The notes beneath the pieces were generated by a model. It was given only the letters and a program-made list of their open reading frames with translations. It was not told where the DNA came from and did not search any database. From Acidobacteriota bacterium (GTDB taxonomy: Bacteria; Acidobacteriota; Holophagae; Holophagales; Holophagaceae): a stretch of 54,155 nucleotides of DNA. Numbering within the stretch: the stretch's first letter is position 1; each line of letters begins with the position of its first letter. Shown piece after piece: positions 17,243 through 25,982 of the stretch. Location: the NCBI GenBank assembly GCA_018269025.1, contig JAFDVN010000071.1:1-54155 (forward strand), written 5' to 3'. The position numbers and the translations under genes are program-made.

Positions 17243-17749
17243 ATGGCCGTGCGCGAGGTCGTGACCTGGGGCGATCCCAGGCTCAAGAAGGACAGCGAGG
17301 ATGTGGGCGCGTGGACCCCGGAGCTGGATCAGCTCGTGGCGGACATGTTCGAGACCGCCCTCGCGGAAGAGGGCGTCGGCCTCGCCGCGCCCCAGATCGG
17401 CATCAACCTCAACCTGGCCGTCATTGACTGCTCCTGCGGTGAGGATCCATCCCAGAAGATCGTCCTCATCAATCCTGAGATCGTTCGGGAGGAGGGCGTG
17501 CAGGTGGGGCCGGAAGGATGCCTCTCCATCCCCGGCATCCGCGAGGTGCTGGAACGGCCCATGAAGGTGTGGGTGAAGAATCGCAAGCCCGATGGAAGCT
17601 GGGAGGAGATCACCGGCGAAGAATTGCTCGCCCGGGCCTTCTGCCATGAGATTGATCACCTGCGCGGTCGGCTCTTCGTGGAGTACTTCGGGCCCGTGAA
17701 GCGCCAGGTCATCCAGCGCAAATACCAGAAGCACTACCAGCCCGCCTGA
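17243..17749 (+). CDS. def: peptide deformylase
   Basis: GVGLAAPQIG, EGCLSIPG, HEIDHLRG motifs. Start at MAVREV. Confidence 0.95.
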   Translation: MAVREVVTWGDPRLKKDSEDVGAWTPELDQLVADMFETALAEEGVGLAAPQIGINLNLAVIDCSCGEDPSQKIVLINPEIVREEGVQVGPEGCLSIPGIREVLERPMKVWVKNRKPDGSWEEITGEELLARAFCHEIDHLRGRLFVEYFGPVKRQVIQRKYQKHYQPA

Positions 17750-18681
17750 TGGCGCCACGGGTCGCCTTCCTTGGCACGCCCGCCGTGGCCGTGCCCGCCC
17801 TGCGCGCCTTGGCGGAATCCACGCGGGTTGATGCGGTCTTCTGCAATCCGGACAAGCCCGCCGGCCGTGGCCGCGCCCTCGCCGCGCCGCCGGTGAAGGA
17901 AGCCGCGTTGGAGTTGGGCCTCCAGATCCATCAACCCCTGCGATGGAAGGACCCGGCGTCGCGGGACCAGTGGGACGCGCTTCACATTGATCTCGCGGTG
18001 GTCGTAGCCTACGGGCACATCCTGCCCTCCTGGATGTTGGACTCGCTCAAGCTGGGTGCCTGGAATCTGCACTTTTCGTTGCTGCCAAGATGGCGCGGTG
18101 CGGCACCCGTCAATCACGCGATTTTCGCGGGCGACGCTGAAACGGGGGTCGCGCTCATGCGCATCACGCCCGGCCTGGATGAGGGCCCGGTGCTGGCCCT
18201 GAGCCGTCGGCCGATCCGAATGGCGGATGAAGCGGAAGGCCTGCTGACCGCGCTCGCCGAGGATGCGGGCGCGCTCCTGAAGGCGCACCTGCCTTCCCTG
18301 CTGGAGGGCTCTGCGCGACCCACGCCCCAAGTAGGCGAACCGACCTACGCTTCCAAGCTCTCCAAAGAGATGGCGCGGCTGGACGCCACCGCGCCCGCGC
18401 ACACGCTCCATCGCCAGGTGCGCGCCCTCCACCCCTGGCCCGGTTCCGAGCTGCCTGTGGAAGGGGCCGTTCTCAAAGTCATCGAGGTAGGCAGATTGAA
18501 GCCCTCCGCGGATGCCCCGGGCACGCTTCGTTGGGACAAGCACGGGGCCTGGCTTGCCTGTGGGGACGAACAAGCCCTGGAGCTCATCCGTCTCCAACGC
18601 CCCGGCAAGCCAGTCCAGCCCGCGCTTCAAGCGCTGCAGGTATTTGGCTCCAAAGGGGTTCTTGGTTGGAATCAAAAATAA
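17749..18681 (+). CDS. fmt: methionyl-tRNA formyltransferase
   Basis: TGATG overlap with def. FLGTP....L..L, NLHFSLLPRWRGAAP motif. Confidence 0.95.
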   Translation: MAPRVAFLGTPAVAVPALRALAESTRVDAVFCNPDKPAGRGRALAAPPVKEAALELGLQIHQPLRWKDPASRDQWDALHIDLAVVVAYGHILPSWMLDSLKLGAWNLHFSLLPRWRGAAPVNHAIFAGDAETGVALMRITPGLDEGPVLALSRRPIRMADEAEGLLTALAEDAGALLKAHLPSLLEGSARPTPQVGEPTYASKLSKEMARLDATAPAHTLHRQVRALHPWPGSELPVEGAVLKVIEVGRLKPSADAPGTLRWDKHGAWLACGDEQALELIRLQRPGKPVQPALQALQVFGSKGVLGWNQK

Positions 18682-18717
18682 GTGTTGCGACTCTTGCAAG
18701 TTATTAAGAATTAAGAA

Positions 18718-18745
18718 TTTACAACAATTATTATTTAGATATACT
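18718..18745 (+). promoter_or_regulatory. candidate sigma70-type promoter inside a strikingly AT-rich island
   Basis: TTTACA (18718-18723), 16-nt spacer, TATACT (18740-18745). It is embedded in TTATTAAGAATTAAGAATTTACAACAATTATTATTTAGATATACTAA, about 50 nt upstream of the lipoprotein ATG. Confidence 0.5.
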
Positions 18746-18796
18746 AACTGCCACCTTGGTCGCTTGTCGCGTTCAAGGGCTTTATGGCGGGCGAGC

Positions 18797-21622
18797 ATGC
18801 TAACGATGAGATCTTCGCTTTGGGTGGTACCGGCCCTTTGCATCGGTGTGCTGGGCTGTTCGGACAAGGCAGGAGCTTCGGAGGACTCGGCCCCCGCGAT
18901 CACGACCCAGCCGACGAGTGTGACGGTGACGCCGAACAGTGCAGCCTCCTTCTCCGTCACAGCGACCGGAGCAGCCCCTCTTACCTACCAATGGCGCAAG
19001 AACGCGGGGGCCATCGCCGGAGCGACTTCCAGCACCTACGCCATCACCTCGGCCCAGGCCGGAGATGCGGGGACTTACGATGTGGTGGTTTCCAACCCGA
19101 AAGGCAGCGCGAGGAGCAACGGCGCGACGCTGACGGTGAGCGCGGCGTTGTCCGCGCCGGTGATCACGACGCAACCCAGCGGGAAGAGTGTCACGGCGGG
19201 GAGCTCCGCGACCTTTACGGTAGCGGCGAGCGGAAACCCAGCCCCGACCTACCAGTGGCAGCGGAACAATGGCGGCGGATGGAACCCGGTCAGCGGGGCG
19301 ACGAGCGCGTCCTACTCCCTTTCCGGGGCGCAGGTCTCCGACAACGGAGCCCAGTTCCGGTGTGTGGCGACCAATAGCCAGGGCAGCGCGACGAGCAACG
19401 GTGCGACGCTGACGGTGAGCGCGGCGTTGTCGGCCCCGGTGATCACGACGCAACCCAGCGGGAAGAGTGTCACGGCGGGGAGCTCCGCGACCTTTACGGT
19501 GGCGGCGAGCGGAAACCCAGCCCCGACCTACCAGTGGCAGCGGAACAATGGCGGCGGATGGAACCCGGTGAGCGGGGCGACGAGCGGGTCCTACACGCTG
19601 TCCGGAGCCCAAGTGTCCGACAACGGAGCCCAGTTCCGGTGTGTGGCCACGAATAGCCAAGGCAACGCGACGAGCAATGGCGCGACGCTGACGGTCAGCG
19701 CGGCGGGCGCGTTGGCGCCGCCCGTGTTCACAGCCCAACCTGAGTCGCGATTGGCGGCGACGGGATCCTCCCCAACCTATGCGGTCACCGTGACCGGAAG
19801 CCCCACGCCGGCCCTCCAGTGGCAGCGCAGTTCGGATGGCACCACTTGGTCAGATATTGGCGGCGCGACGAGCACGACCCTCACCCTCGCGAATGTGACC
19901 GCCTCCAATTCGAATACCAAGGTGCGGTGCCTGGCGAGCAACAACCAGGGGACGGACATGAGTGATCCAGCCGTGCTCGTAACGCAGACGCCAGGAGGGA
20001 CGACCTACTATGTGTCCCCCTCTGGCAATGACAGCAACGATGGCCTCACCCTTGGGACGGCCTGGGCGACCATCTCCCATGCGGCGGATTCAAGCAGTCC
20101 CGTGGGTCCAGGCGACACGGTGTATGTAGCGGCGGGCACCTACAACGAGACGGTGGAGCTTGAAAAGGCAGGAACGCCCGGCAACCCCATCGTGTTCCAG
20201 GGCTACAAGACCACGCCGGGCGACGCACCCTTGAAGCTGGTGGATCGCGCAAATGCGTATACCGCCTTCAATGGGTTCGATATGCCTCTCATCAACGGGG
20301 GTGACCGTACGAGTGGCATCGGTCTGGATAGCCCCCATGGGAAGAATCTGGTGATTCGCAATTTCCAAATTCGGAATGTGGCCTATGGCGTGAATTTGGG
20401 GGACAGCACCCAGAACGCCGGGAGCAACTGGCTCGACAATGTGGGCGTCATGACCGTGGGTGATCCGTCGGATGATTATCAAGGCGAAGGCATCCTCATG
20501 GGGAGCATGGGAACCCGGTTCACCAACAGCAACATGGTGACGGATTGTCTGGTGGTGAACGCTTGCGCTGAAGGTATTGATGTGAACGGCACGGGGAATG
20601 TCCTGGTGGGTTGCAAGGTTTACTGCAACGACAACACGGACAACGCTCCAACGGATTACTACATCATGATCACGGGGGATTCGAACGCCGCGTACGCCTG
20701 TTACATCGAACGAGCGCCCGGCCTTTCCCACGCGGGCCATGGGCTCGGGGCCAAGACGAACGCGGAGCAAGTCGTGGACCAAGGCCTGAATCTCCCGGCC
20801 ATTTCAGCGAGATACAATCAATTCATCCATTGCACCGCGCGGAACATGGGCGAGTCCTTCTATGTGCGGCACCGCACGGCCCAGTACAACCTGTTCTATC
20901 GGTGTACGGCCATTGGGACCTATTCCGGTGCATCCCAGGCGGCTGAAGGAGAAGGGAATGGAATCGAAACGCGGGATGGCGCCAGCGACAATGTGTTCGA
21001 TGGGCTGATCGTCAAGAATTGTGATGCTGGCATCGAATTTCGAGACACGGTGGAAGATGGCGACACCATGAGTAATCCCCCGGGACATCCTGGGAACAAC
21101 AACCTCTACAAGAACTGCCTCATCCTGAATTGTCGCCTCGCGGTTGATTTTGACGATTACAGCGTGGCGTCCGACGCGGGGGACAACACCATCGCGGATT
21201 GCACCTTCTACAAGAACCGCTACTTGTTCGACTGCGGGCGGGAATGCAACAGCATGAAGTATGTTGGAAATATCTTTGAAGGAACCCTGCAGGACGGAGT
21301 CGGAGGGGCCTTCTTCTCGCCGAGTCACCCGACTTTCGACGGTGAGGTTATTCCCAACGGGGTGAATAGCTACTTCAAGAATTGTGATTTTCACAACATC
21401 GAAGGGGGCATGCCTTCTGGCTTTGTATCAGCTGCAAGCGGGTCTATCGCCTCAGACCCAATGTTTGTGGATCCGGCGAATCTGAACTTTCGTTTAACTC
21501 CGGGAAGCCCGTGCGTGGACAGCGGCCTTTCGGTGACTGGCGTTTCGACGGATCGAGACGGGATCGGGCGTCCCCAGGGCGGCACACCGGACATGGGTGC
21601 TTATGAGGCCCACACGCCCTGA
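18797..21622 (+). CDS. large surface lipoprotein: four Ig-like repeats + right-handed parallel beta-helix domain
   Basis: Start at MLTMRSSLWVVPALCIGVLGC (lipobox). About 93-aa repeats with TYQWQRN...GATS.SY.LSGAQVSDNGAQFRCVATNSQG.ATSNGATLTV. The C-terminal part has repetitive N/G/D-rich beta-helix-like turns and the ending GTPDMGAYE. Confidence 0.8.
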   Translation: MLTMRSSLWVVPALCIGVLGCSDKAGASEDSAPAITTQPTSVTVTPNSAASFSVTATGAAPLTYQWRKNAGAIAGATSSTYAITSAQAGDAGTYDVVVSNPKGSARSNGATLTVSAALSAPVITTQPSGKSVTAGSSATFTVAASGNPAPTYQWQRNNGGGWNPVSGATSASYSLSGAQVSDNGAQFRCVATNSQGSATSNGATLTVSAALSAPVITTQPSGKSVTAGSSATFTVAASGNPAPTYQWQRNNGGGWNPVSGATSGSYTLSGAQVSDNGAQFRCVATNSQGNATSNGATLTVSAAGALAPPVFTAQPESRLAATGSSPTYAVTVTGSPTPALQWQRSSDGTTWSDIGGATSTTLTLANVTASNSNTKVRCLASNNQGTDMSDPAVLVTQTPGGTTYYVSPSGNDSNDGLTLGTAWATISHAADSSSPVGPGDTVYVAAGTYNETVELEKAGTPGNPIVFQGYKTTPGDAPLKLVDRANAYTAFNGFDMPLINGGDRTSGIGLDSPHGKNLVIRNFQIRNVAYGVNLGDSTQNAGSNWLDNVGVMTVGDPSDDYQGEGILMGSMGTRFTNSNMVTDCLVVNACAEGIDVNGTGNVLVGCKVYCNDNTDNAPTDYYIMITGDSNAAYACYIERAPGLSHAGHGLGAKTNAEQVVDQGLNLPAISARYNQFIHCTARNMGESFYVRHRTAQYNLFYRCTAIGTYSGASQAAEGEGNGIETRDGASDNVFDGLIVKNCDAGIEFRDTVEDGDTMSNPPGHPGNNNLYKNCLILNCRLAVDFDDYSVASDAGDNTIADCTFYKNRYLFDCGRECNSMKYVGNIFEGTLQDGVGGAFFSPSHPTFDGEVIPNGVNSYFKNCDFHNIEGGMPSGFVSAASGSIASDPMFVDPANLNFRLTPGSPCVDSGLSVTGVSTDRDGIGRPQGGTPDMGAYEAHTP
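19132..19689 (+). repeat. tandem 279-bp duplication inside the lipoprotein gene (two near-identical Ig-like modules)
   Basis: GACGGTGAGCGCGGCGTTGTC... restarts exactly 279 bp later (19132 and 19411). Long identical runs; differences cluster in one about 40-bp patch. Confidence 0.9.
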
Positions 21623-21676
21623 TGAACTTGCCGCCGGGTCACGGGGGTAGCCCCAGGCCCGGCAGTTGTCACTCGC

Positions 21677-24439
21677 CTATTGAACCTTCGCGGCCACATC
21701 CCGGTATTCGGGGTCGAGGTCGTGGACGGCCCGGAACTCCTGCAGGGCGGCGGAGCGATCGCCGGTCTGGAGGTACATCTCGCCCAGGTCGTAGCGGAGG
21801 CCGATGCTGTCCTCGGGGGGGAAGCCGGGAGCCTTGATGCCCTTGATGAGCCAGCTCATCGCTTCGTCGAAGTTGCCGCGAGCCTGCTCACAGATGCTCA
21901 GCATGGAGCAGCATTCGAGGGTGCGCTCGGGGTCGCGGAGCACCTTCTTGAATTCGTCAATGGCCGGGTCGAGGAGCATCATCTCCTTGTAGGCGATGCC
22001 CAGGTTGTAGTGCGTGTCGTAGTCGTCGCCCTTGACCTGCTCTTCCACGCCCATGCGGAAGGCGTCGAAGAGTTCATCCACGCTCTGCACCTTGTCCACG
22101 ACCTTGGTCGCGTCGTGCATTTCTTCGCCTTCACCCGAGTCCTCAAGCGCGCTGCCCAGGACATCCGTGAGGTCGAAGAAGGAATTGGCGAAGTCCTCCT
22201 CGCCAAGGGCCTGGGGCTTGGGGCTTCCATGTCCGAGCTTCTGAAGTTTCTCTTCGGCCTTGGCGAGGCGACCTGTGAGCTCCGGGTGTCCCGGGAATTG
22301 ATCGAGGGCGCCTTCGATTTCGGCTTTGGCTTCCTCGGGGCTGCCGTAGTCCAACTGGAAATCAATGTCGGAGAGGAGATCCTGGAGCTTTTCTGGAATC
22401 TCAACACCTGCGGCCATGGGCATCTCCGCTTCGAGCGGCGGAGCCATGGGCATGGTGACCGGCATGGTGGGCGGCAGGGCGATGGGCGCGTTCGGGGTCG
22501 GGATGGGCTCCCAGGCGAGATCACCGGCATCCAGCGCCATGGGTGCGGGCACCGTATTCGGCATCGTCAAAGGCAGATCGGGCATGGGCGGCAGCGGCAC
22601 CGTGGGCATCGCCGCAGGGGGCATCGCATCCATGGGGGCCATGGCTTCCGGCAGCGCGAAGCTCGGCAGGGGCGGCGCGGTGGGGGCGGAAGGGCTGAAC
22701 CCCCCTGCTGGCGTGCCGATGGCCGGTGCTTGATCCATGTCCGGGAGGTCGAGCGGAATGATGGCGTCCGGCGCAAAGGCCGGAGGAGTTGAAGCGGGAA
22801 TCGGAATGGCCGCTGGGGCGGGGATGGCAGGAGCCGCAGGCGTCGCCGAGGCGACGGGTTGCATGCCCGCGCCCTGGGGGTTGTAGTCCGGCAGGCCCAT
22901 GGTGCGGCGATGGATGCGGGTGGAGCCGGGAAAGAGCTGCTCCGCCTTATCCAGCAGGTAGGTGGCTTCCTTGGGTTTGCCCAGGGCATGCACGGCCTGG
23001 GCGCTTTGGAGGTATTGCTGCTGCACCCGGGTGAGCAGGCCGGACTGGCGGTGGAGGCCGCAGATGGTCTCGATGAGCCCAAAATTCGCCGGGTCCACCT
23101 CGAGGGCCTGCTTGTAGGCGGCCACCGCGCGATCCAGGCTGCCCGAGCGGGCAAAAGCCTCACCCTGCTTGGTGAACTGCTCCACCTTGATCCGCTTCAT
23201 CGGATCAATTTCGGTCTCCCCATGACGGGTGTGTTCGCCAGAGGCTGCCCCACTGAAGGAGGGGTAGAAGCCGGAGCTGGATGCGAAGGCATCGGGCTTG
23301 GACAGTGGCTTGTCGTCCGGAGTTGCGCCCAATTCCGCGAGTTGAGCCCGCGCGCCTTCCGCGGCCCGGGCATCGCCGTTGGTTGTGGCGAGCTGATGGG
23401 CGTTCTGGAGCGCGTAGATCTGGTCGTTCTTGTTGCCGCCCTGCTGAGCCACTTCGGCGAGGTAGAGCCACGCCTCGATGGAGGGCCGTTCCTTGGTGGC
23501 CGAAGCCACCGCGCGGGTGACGATGTCGCCCATGCCGCGCCGCGCGAGTTCCCGGCCCAAGGGCGCGAAGAGGCGCAGGCCTTCTTCGCCGCGGCCCGCC
23601 GCCACCATCTGCTTCAGGGCGCGCTCGCAGAGGGCGAGATCCTTTTCGGGAAGCTGGGGTACCTGGGCGAGGGCCTCCAGGGCGCGGTCGGGGTTGTTGC
23701 CTCGCAGTTCGATTTCAGCGAGGGCCTCCAGCAATTCCACGCTGCGGGAATTCGCCTTCAGGCCTTCCCGCAACGCGGCGGAGGCGCCCGAGTAGTCCGT
23801 GGCCATCACCGCGAGGCGGCTCTGGCTCAAGAACAGCTGAGGCGACGAAGTCATCGTCTTCGCCCGGTCCATGATCTGCATGGCTTCGGCGGTCTTGCCT
23901 TCCATGCCGAGCGATTCGGCGACTTCCAGATAGATGGCCGCCGCCTGATCCTTCATGCCTTCTTTGTTGAAGAGGTCCGCGAGCTTGATCTTGTTCTTGA
24001 GGTTCTTCGGGTCGAGGTCCACGACCTTTCCGAATTCCTCCAGCGCCCGCTTCACGAGCCCCTTCTTCTGGAAGTGCTCGGCCACCTGGAGGTGGGTCGC
24101 CACCGCGTCGCGGATCATGCCTGTCTGGCGGTAGAGATCTGCGAGGCGCTGCATGAGGTCCATGTCATCCGGCGAACTGCGCACGGCCTTCTTCAGAACC
24201 GCAGTGGCCTTGGGCGCGAAGCCATCGCGCTCATAGGCGATGGCGAGGCGACGGAAGACTTCCACCGCTTCCTGCCCGCGTCCGCCCTGGGCCAGAAGGT
24301 CGCCGTAAGTGTTTTGGAGGGCCAGATTCTTCGGATCGTCGTCCACCAACATCCGATAGGAATCCAGGGCCTTGTCGATCCGTCCGGCCGCCTGGTGCTT
24401 TTCGGCCTCTTTCCGGACTTTGATGCGATCAATGGCCAT
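21677..24439 (-). CDS. TPR-repeat protein with central Pro/Ala/Met-rich disordered region
   Basis: Start taken at MAIDRIKVRKEAEKHQAAG (ATG 24439). Many 34-aa TPR-like units on both sides of a P/A/M-rich segment (...PAIPAPAAIPIPASTPP...MPTVPLPPMPDLPLTMP...). Confidence 0.8.
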   Translation of the reverse strand: MAIDRIKVRKEAEKHQAAGRIDKALDSYRMLVDDDPKNLALQNTYGDLLAQGGRGQEAVEVFRRLAIAYERDGFAPKATAVLKKAVRSSPDDMDLMQRLADLYRQTGMIRDAVATHLQVAEHFQKKGLVKRALEEFGKVVDLDPKNLKNKIKLADLFNKEGMKDQAAAIYLEVAESLGMEGKTAEAMQIMDRAKTMTSSPQLFLSQSRLAVMATDYSGASAALREGLKANSRSVELLEALAEIELRGNNPDRALEALAQVPQLPEKDLALCERALKQMVAAGRGEEGLRLFAPLGRELARRGMGDIVTRAVASATKERPSIEAWLYLAEVAQQGGNKNDQIYALQNAHQLATTNGDARAAEGARAQLAELGATPDDKPLSKPDAFASSSGFYPSFSGAASGEHTRHGETEIDPMKRIKVEQFTKQGEAFARSGSLDRAVAAYKQALEVDPANFGLIETICGLHRQSGLLTRVQQQYLQSAQAVHALGKPKEATYLLDKAEQLFPGSTRIHRRTMGLPDYNPQGAGMQPVASATPAAPAIPAPAAIPIPASTPPAFAPDAIIPLDLPDMDQAPAIGTPAGGFSPSAPTAPPLPSFALPEAMAPMDAMPPAAMPTVPLPPMPDLPLTMPNTVPAPMALDAGDLAWEPIPTPNAPIALPPTMPVTMPMAPPLEAEMPMAAGVEIPEKLQDLLSDIDFQLDYGSPEEAKAEIEGALDQFPGHPELTGRLAKAEEKLQKLGHGSPKPQALGEEDFANSFFDLTDVLGSALEDSGEGEEMHDATKVVDKVQSVDELFDAFRMGVEEQVKGDDYDTHYNLGIAYKEMMLLDPAIDEFKKVLRDPERTLECCSMLSICEQARGNFDEAMSWLIKGIKAPGFPPEDSIGLRYDLGEMYLQTGDRSAALQEFRAVHDLDPEYRDVAAKVQ

Positions 24440-24476
24440 TCGGGTGCCTCGGGATTCGATGGGGACGGACCTTAGT

Positions 24477-24944
24477 CTAGGAGCCTTGGGGCCCCTTGGA
24501 AAGATTCGGCACGGATCCGCCGGGAATGAAATCCCGACCGGAGAAGGCATGGGGGAGCAGGTCCGCCAAGTCGTGGAGGGCCCGCTCCTGGCGATTGGCG
24601 AGGAGAACGGGCAGGTGGTCCGCGAATTCCGCCAGGACTTGACGGCAGGCGCCACAGGGGGGCGTCAGCCGGTCAGCTTCGGTGACCACCACCAGGGCCT
24701 GGAGCCCGCCCGGGCGGAGCAGCCCCTGACCCACCGCCGCGGCCACGGTGCCCCGCTCGGCGCAGGTGCAGAGGGGGTACGCGGCGTTCTCGACATTGCA
24801 GCCCGCCATGACTTGGCCTGTCGCCGTGACCAGGGCCGCGCCCACCCGAAAGCCGGAATAGGGGGTGTGGGCATGGTCCCGGGCGGCCCAGGCGGCGGCG
24901 AGGAGGGGGTCCCAGTCGGGGTCGTCGGCGTGGAGGAAGGCCAT
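24477..24944 (-). CDS. cdd: cytidine deaminase
   Basis: Start at MAFLHADD. Zinc-binding motifs CAER and PCGACRQ. Confidence 0.85.
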   Translation of the reverse strand: MAFLHADDPDWDPLLAAAWAARDHAHTPYSGFRVGAALVTATGQVMAGCNVENAAYPLCTCAERGTVAAAVGQGLLRPGGLQALVVVTEADRLTPPCGACRQVLAEFADHLPVLLANRQERALHDLADLLPHAFSGRDFIPGGSVPNLSKGPQGS

Positions 24945-24951
24945 GGTCCGT

Positions 24952-25923
24952 TCAGGATGCCGCAAGGGAAGCTGTTGGGGGGGGAGGGATCGCGTCCGCC
25001 TCGCCGCCTTCACCTTCCGCATCGGAAAGGGCCAAGGCCCGCCAGCAGGCCTGGGGGCCTTCGTGACGATGCAGGCCGTTGGCTCCGCGCACGACCAATT
25101 CCACTTCCCGTTTCTGGAGCCGGGCCTGGAGGATGGCCCCGGAAAGGCGTTCCAGCTCCCGTTCAAAGGTCCGGCCGGGAGCCCAGGCTCCCAGGTCTAG
25201 CTCGAGATGGAGGGCGAGGGGCTGCTCTTCCTCGAAGGTGCGGACCCACAGCTCGCCTTGGGGCCGCTGGGCGCTGCGCTTCCAGTGGACCCGGGCGGGG
25301 GGGTCCCCGGGGCGCATGGGGCGTGCGCCTTCCGGGCTGCTTTCGCCTGGACGGGGCAGGGTGCGCACCTGCCCATCCCGTGCGGGATCGCCAGGCGCGG
25401 CTTGGGGCGCGCGGGGGTGAGGCAGCACCAGCACGGCGCGATCGAGCTCGAAATGCCAGGCCTTTTCCAGGAAGCCGAAGGGGTGCCGGGTGCGAAGCTC
25501 CAGCCCCGTGAGGCGCGTCCACCCGCGCAGGCCGGCCCGGGCATGGAGGACGGCGACGGGCTCGGACTCTCCACCGCCCCCGGCGAAGAAGGCCGTTTCC
25601 ACCTCGCCGCCTTCCATGGCGAGGCGAAGCTCCAGCCCTCGGACCCGCTTGGGCGTGCTGTCCTGAAGGCGCAGCCGGAGTCCCCCTCGGACCCGGGCGA
25701 AGAGGTTGCCCTCATCCAGATCCAGCGGGCTAAGGCCCCGGAGCGACCGTCGGCTCACAACGCCCGAGACGAGGAAGAGTCCGAGCATCAGCGAGAAGAC
25801 CAGGTACAGCAGGTTGTTGCCGCTGTTCACCGCGAAGGCGCCAATGGCAAGCAGGGCCAGCAGGTACTCCCACCCGAGGCGGGTGATGGAGAGGCGCAGG
25901 GTCCGGTCCTTCCAGAGCAGCAT
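24952..25923 (-). CDS. DUF58 family protein (MoxR/vWA-associated type)
   Basis: Two N-terminal TM helices and the motif MRPGDPPARVHWKRSAQRPQGELWVRTFEEE, which corresponds to the DUF58 REY.PGD..R.IDWKASAR....V.EFE signature. Confidence 0.75.
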   Translation of the reverse strand: MLLWKDRTLRLSITRLGWEYLLALLAIGAFAVNSGNNLLYLVFSLMLGLFLVSGVVSRRSLRGLSPLDLDEGNLFARVRGGLRLRLQDSTPKRVRGLELRLAMEGGEVETAFFAGGGGESEPVAVLHARAGLRGWTRLTGLELRTRHPFGFLEKAWHFELDRAVLVLPHPRAPQAAPGDPARDGQVRTLPRPGESSPEGARPMRPGDPPARVHWKRSAQRPQGELWVRTFEEEQPLALHLELDLGAWAPGRTFERELERLSGAILQARLQKREVELVVRGANGLHRHEGPQACWRALALSDAEGEGGEADAIPPPPTASLAAS

Positions 25924-25982
25924 CGGGGCTAAGGGTATCCAAGGCGGGCGCGGTAGGATGGAGGATTCACCCGGATCGCACG

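Noticed and set aside
18893-19980. Diversity-generating retroelement (template/variable repeat) as an explanation for the near-identical repeats
   Set aside because: The differences between the two 279-bp copies are not adenine-specific. Both copies are in-frame modules of one gene, and no reverse transcriptase gene is present in the window.
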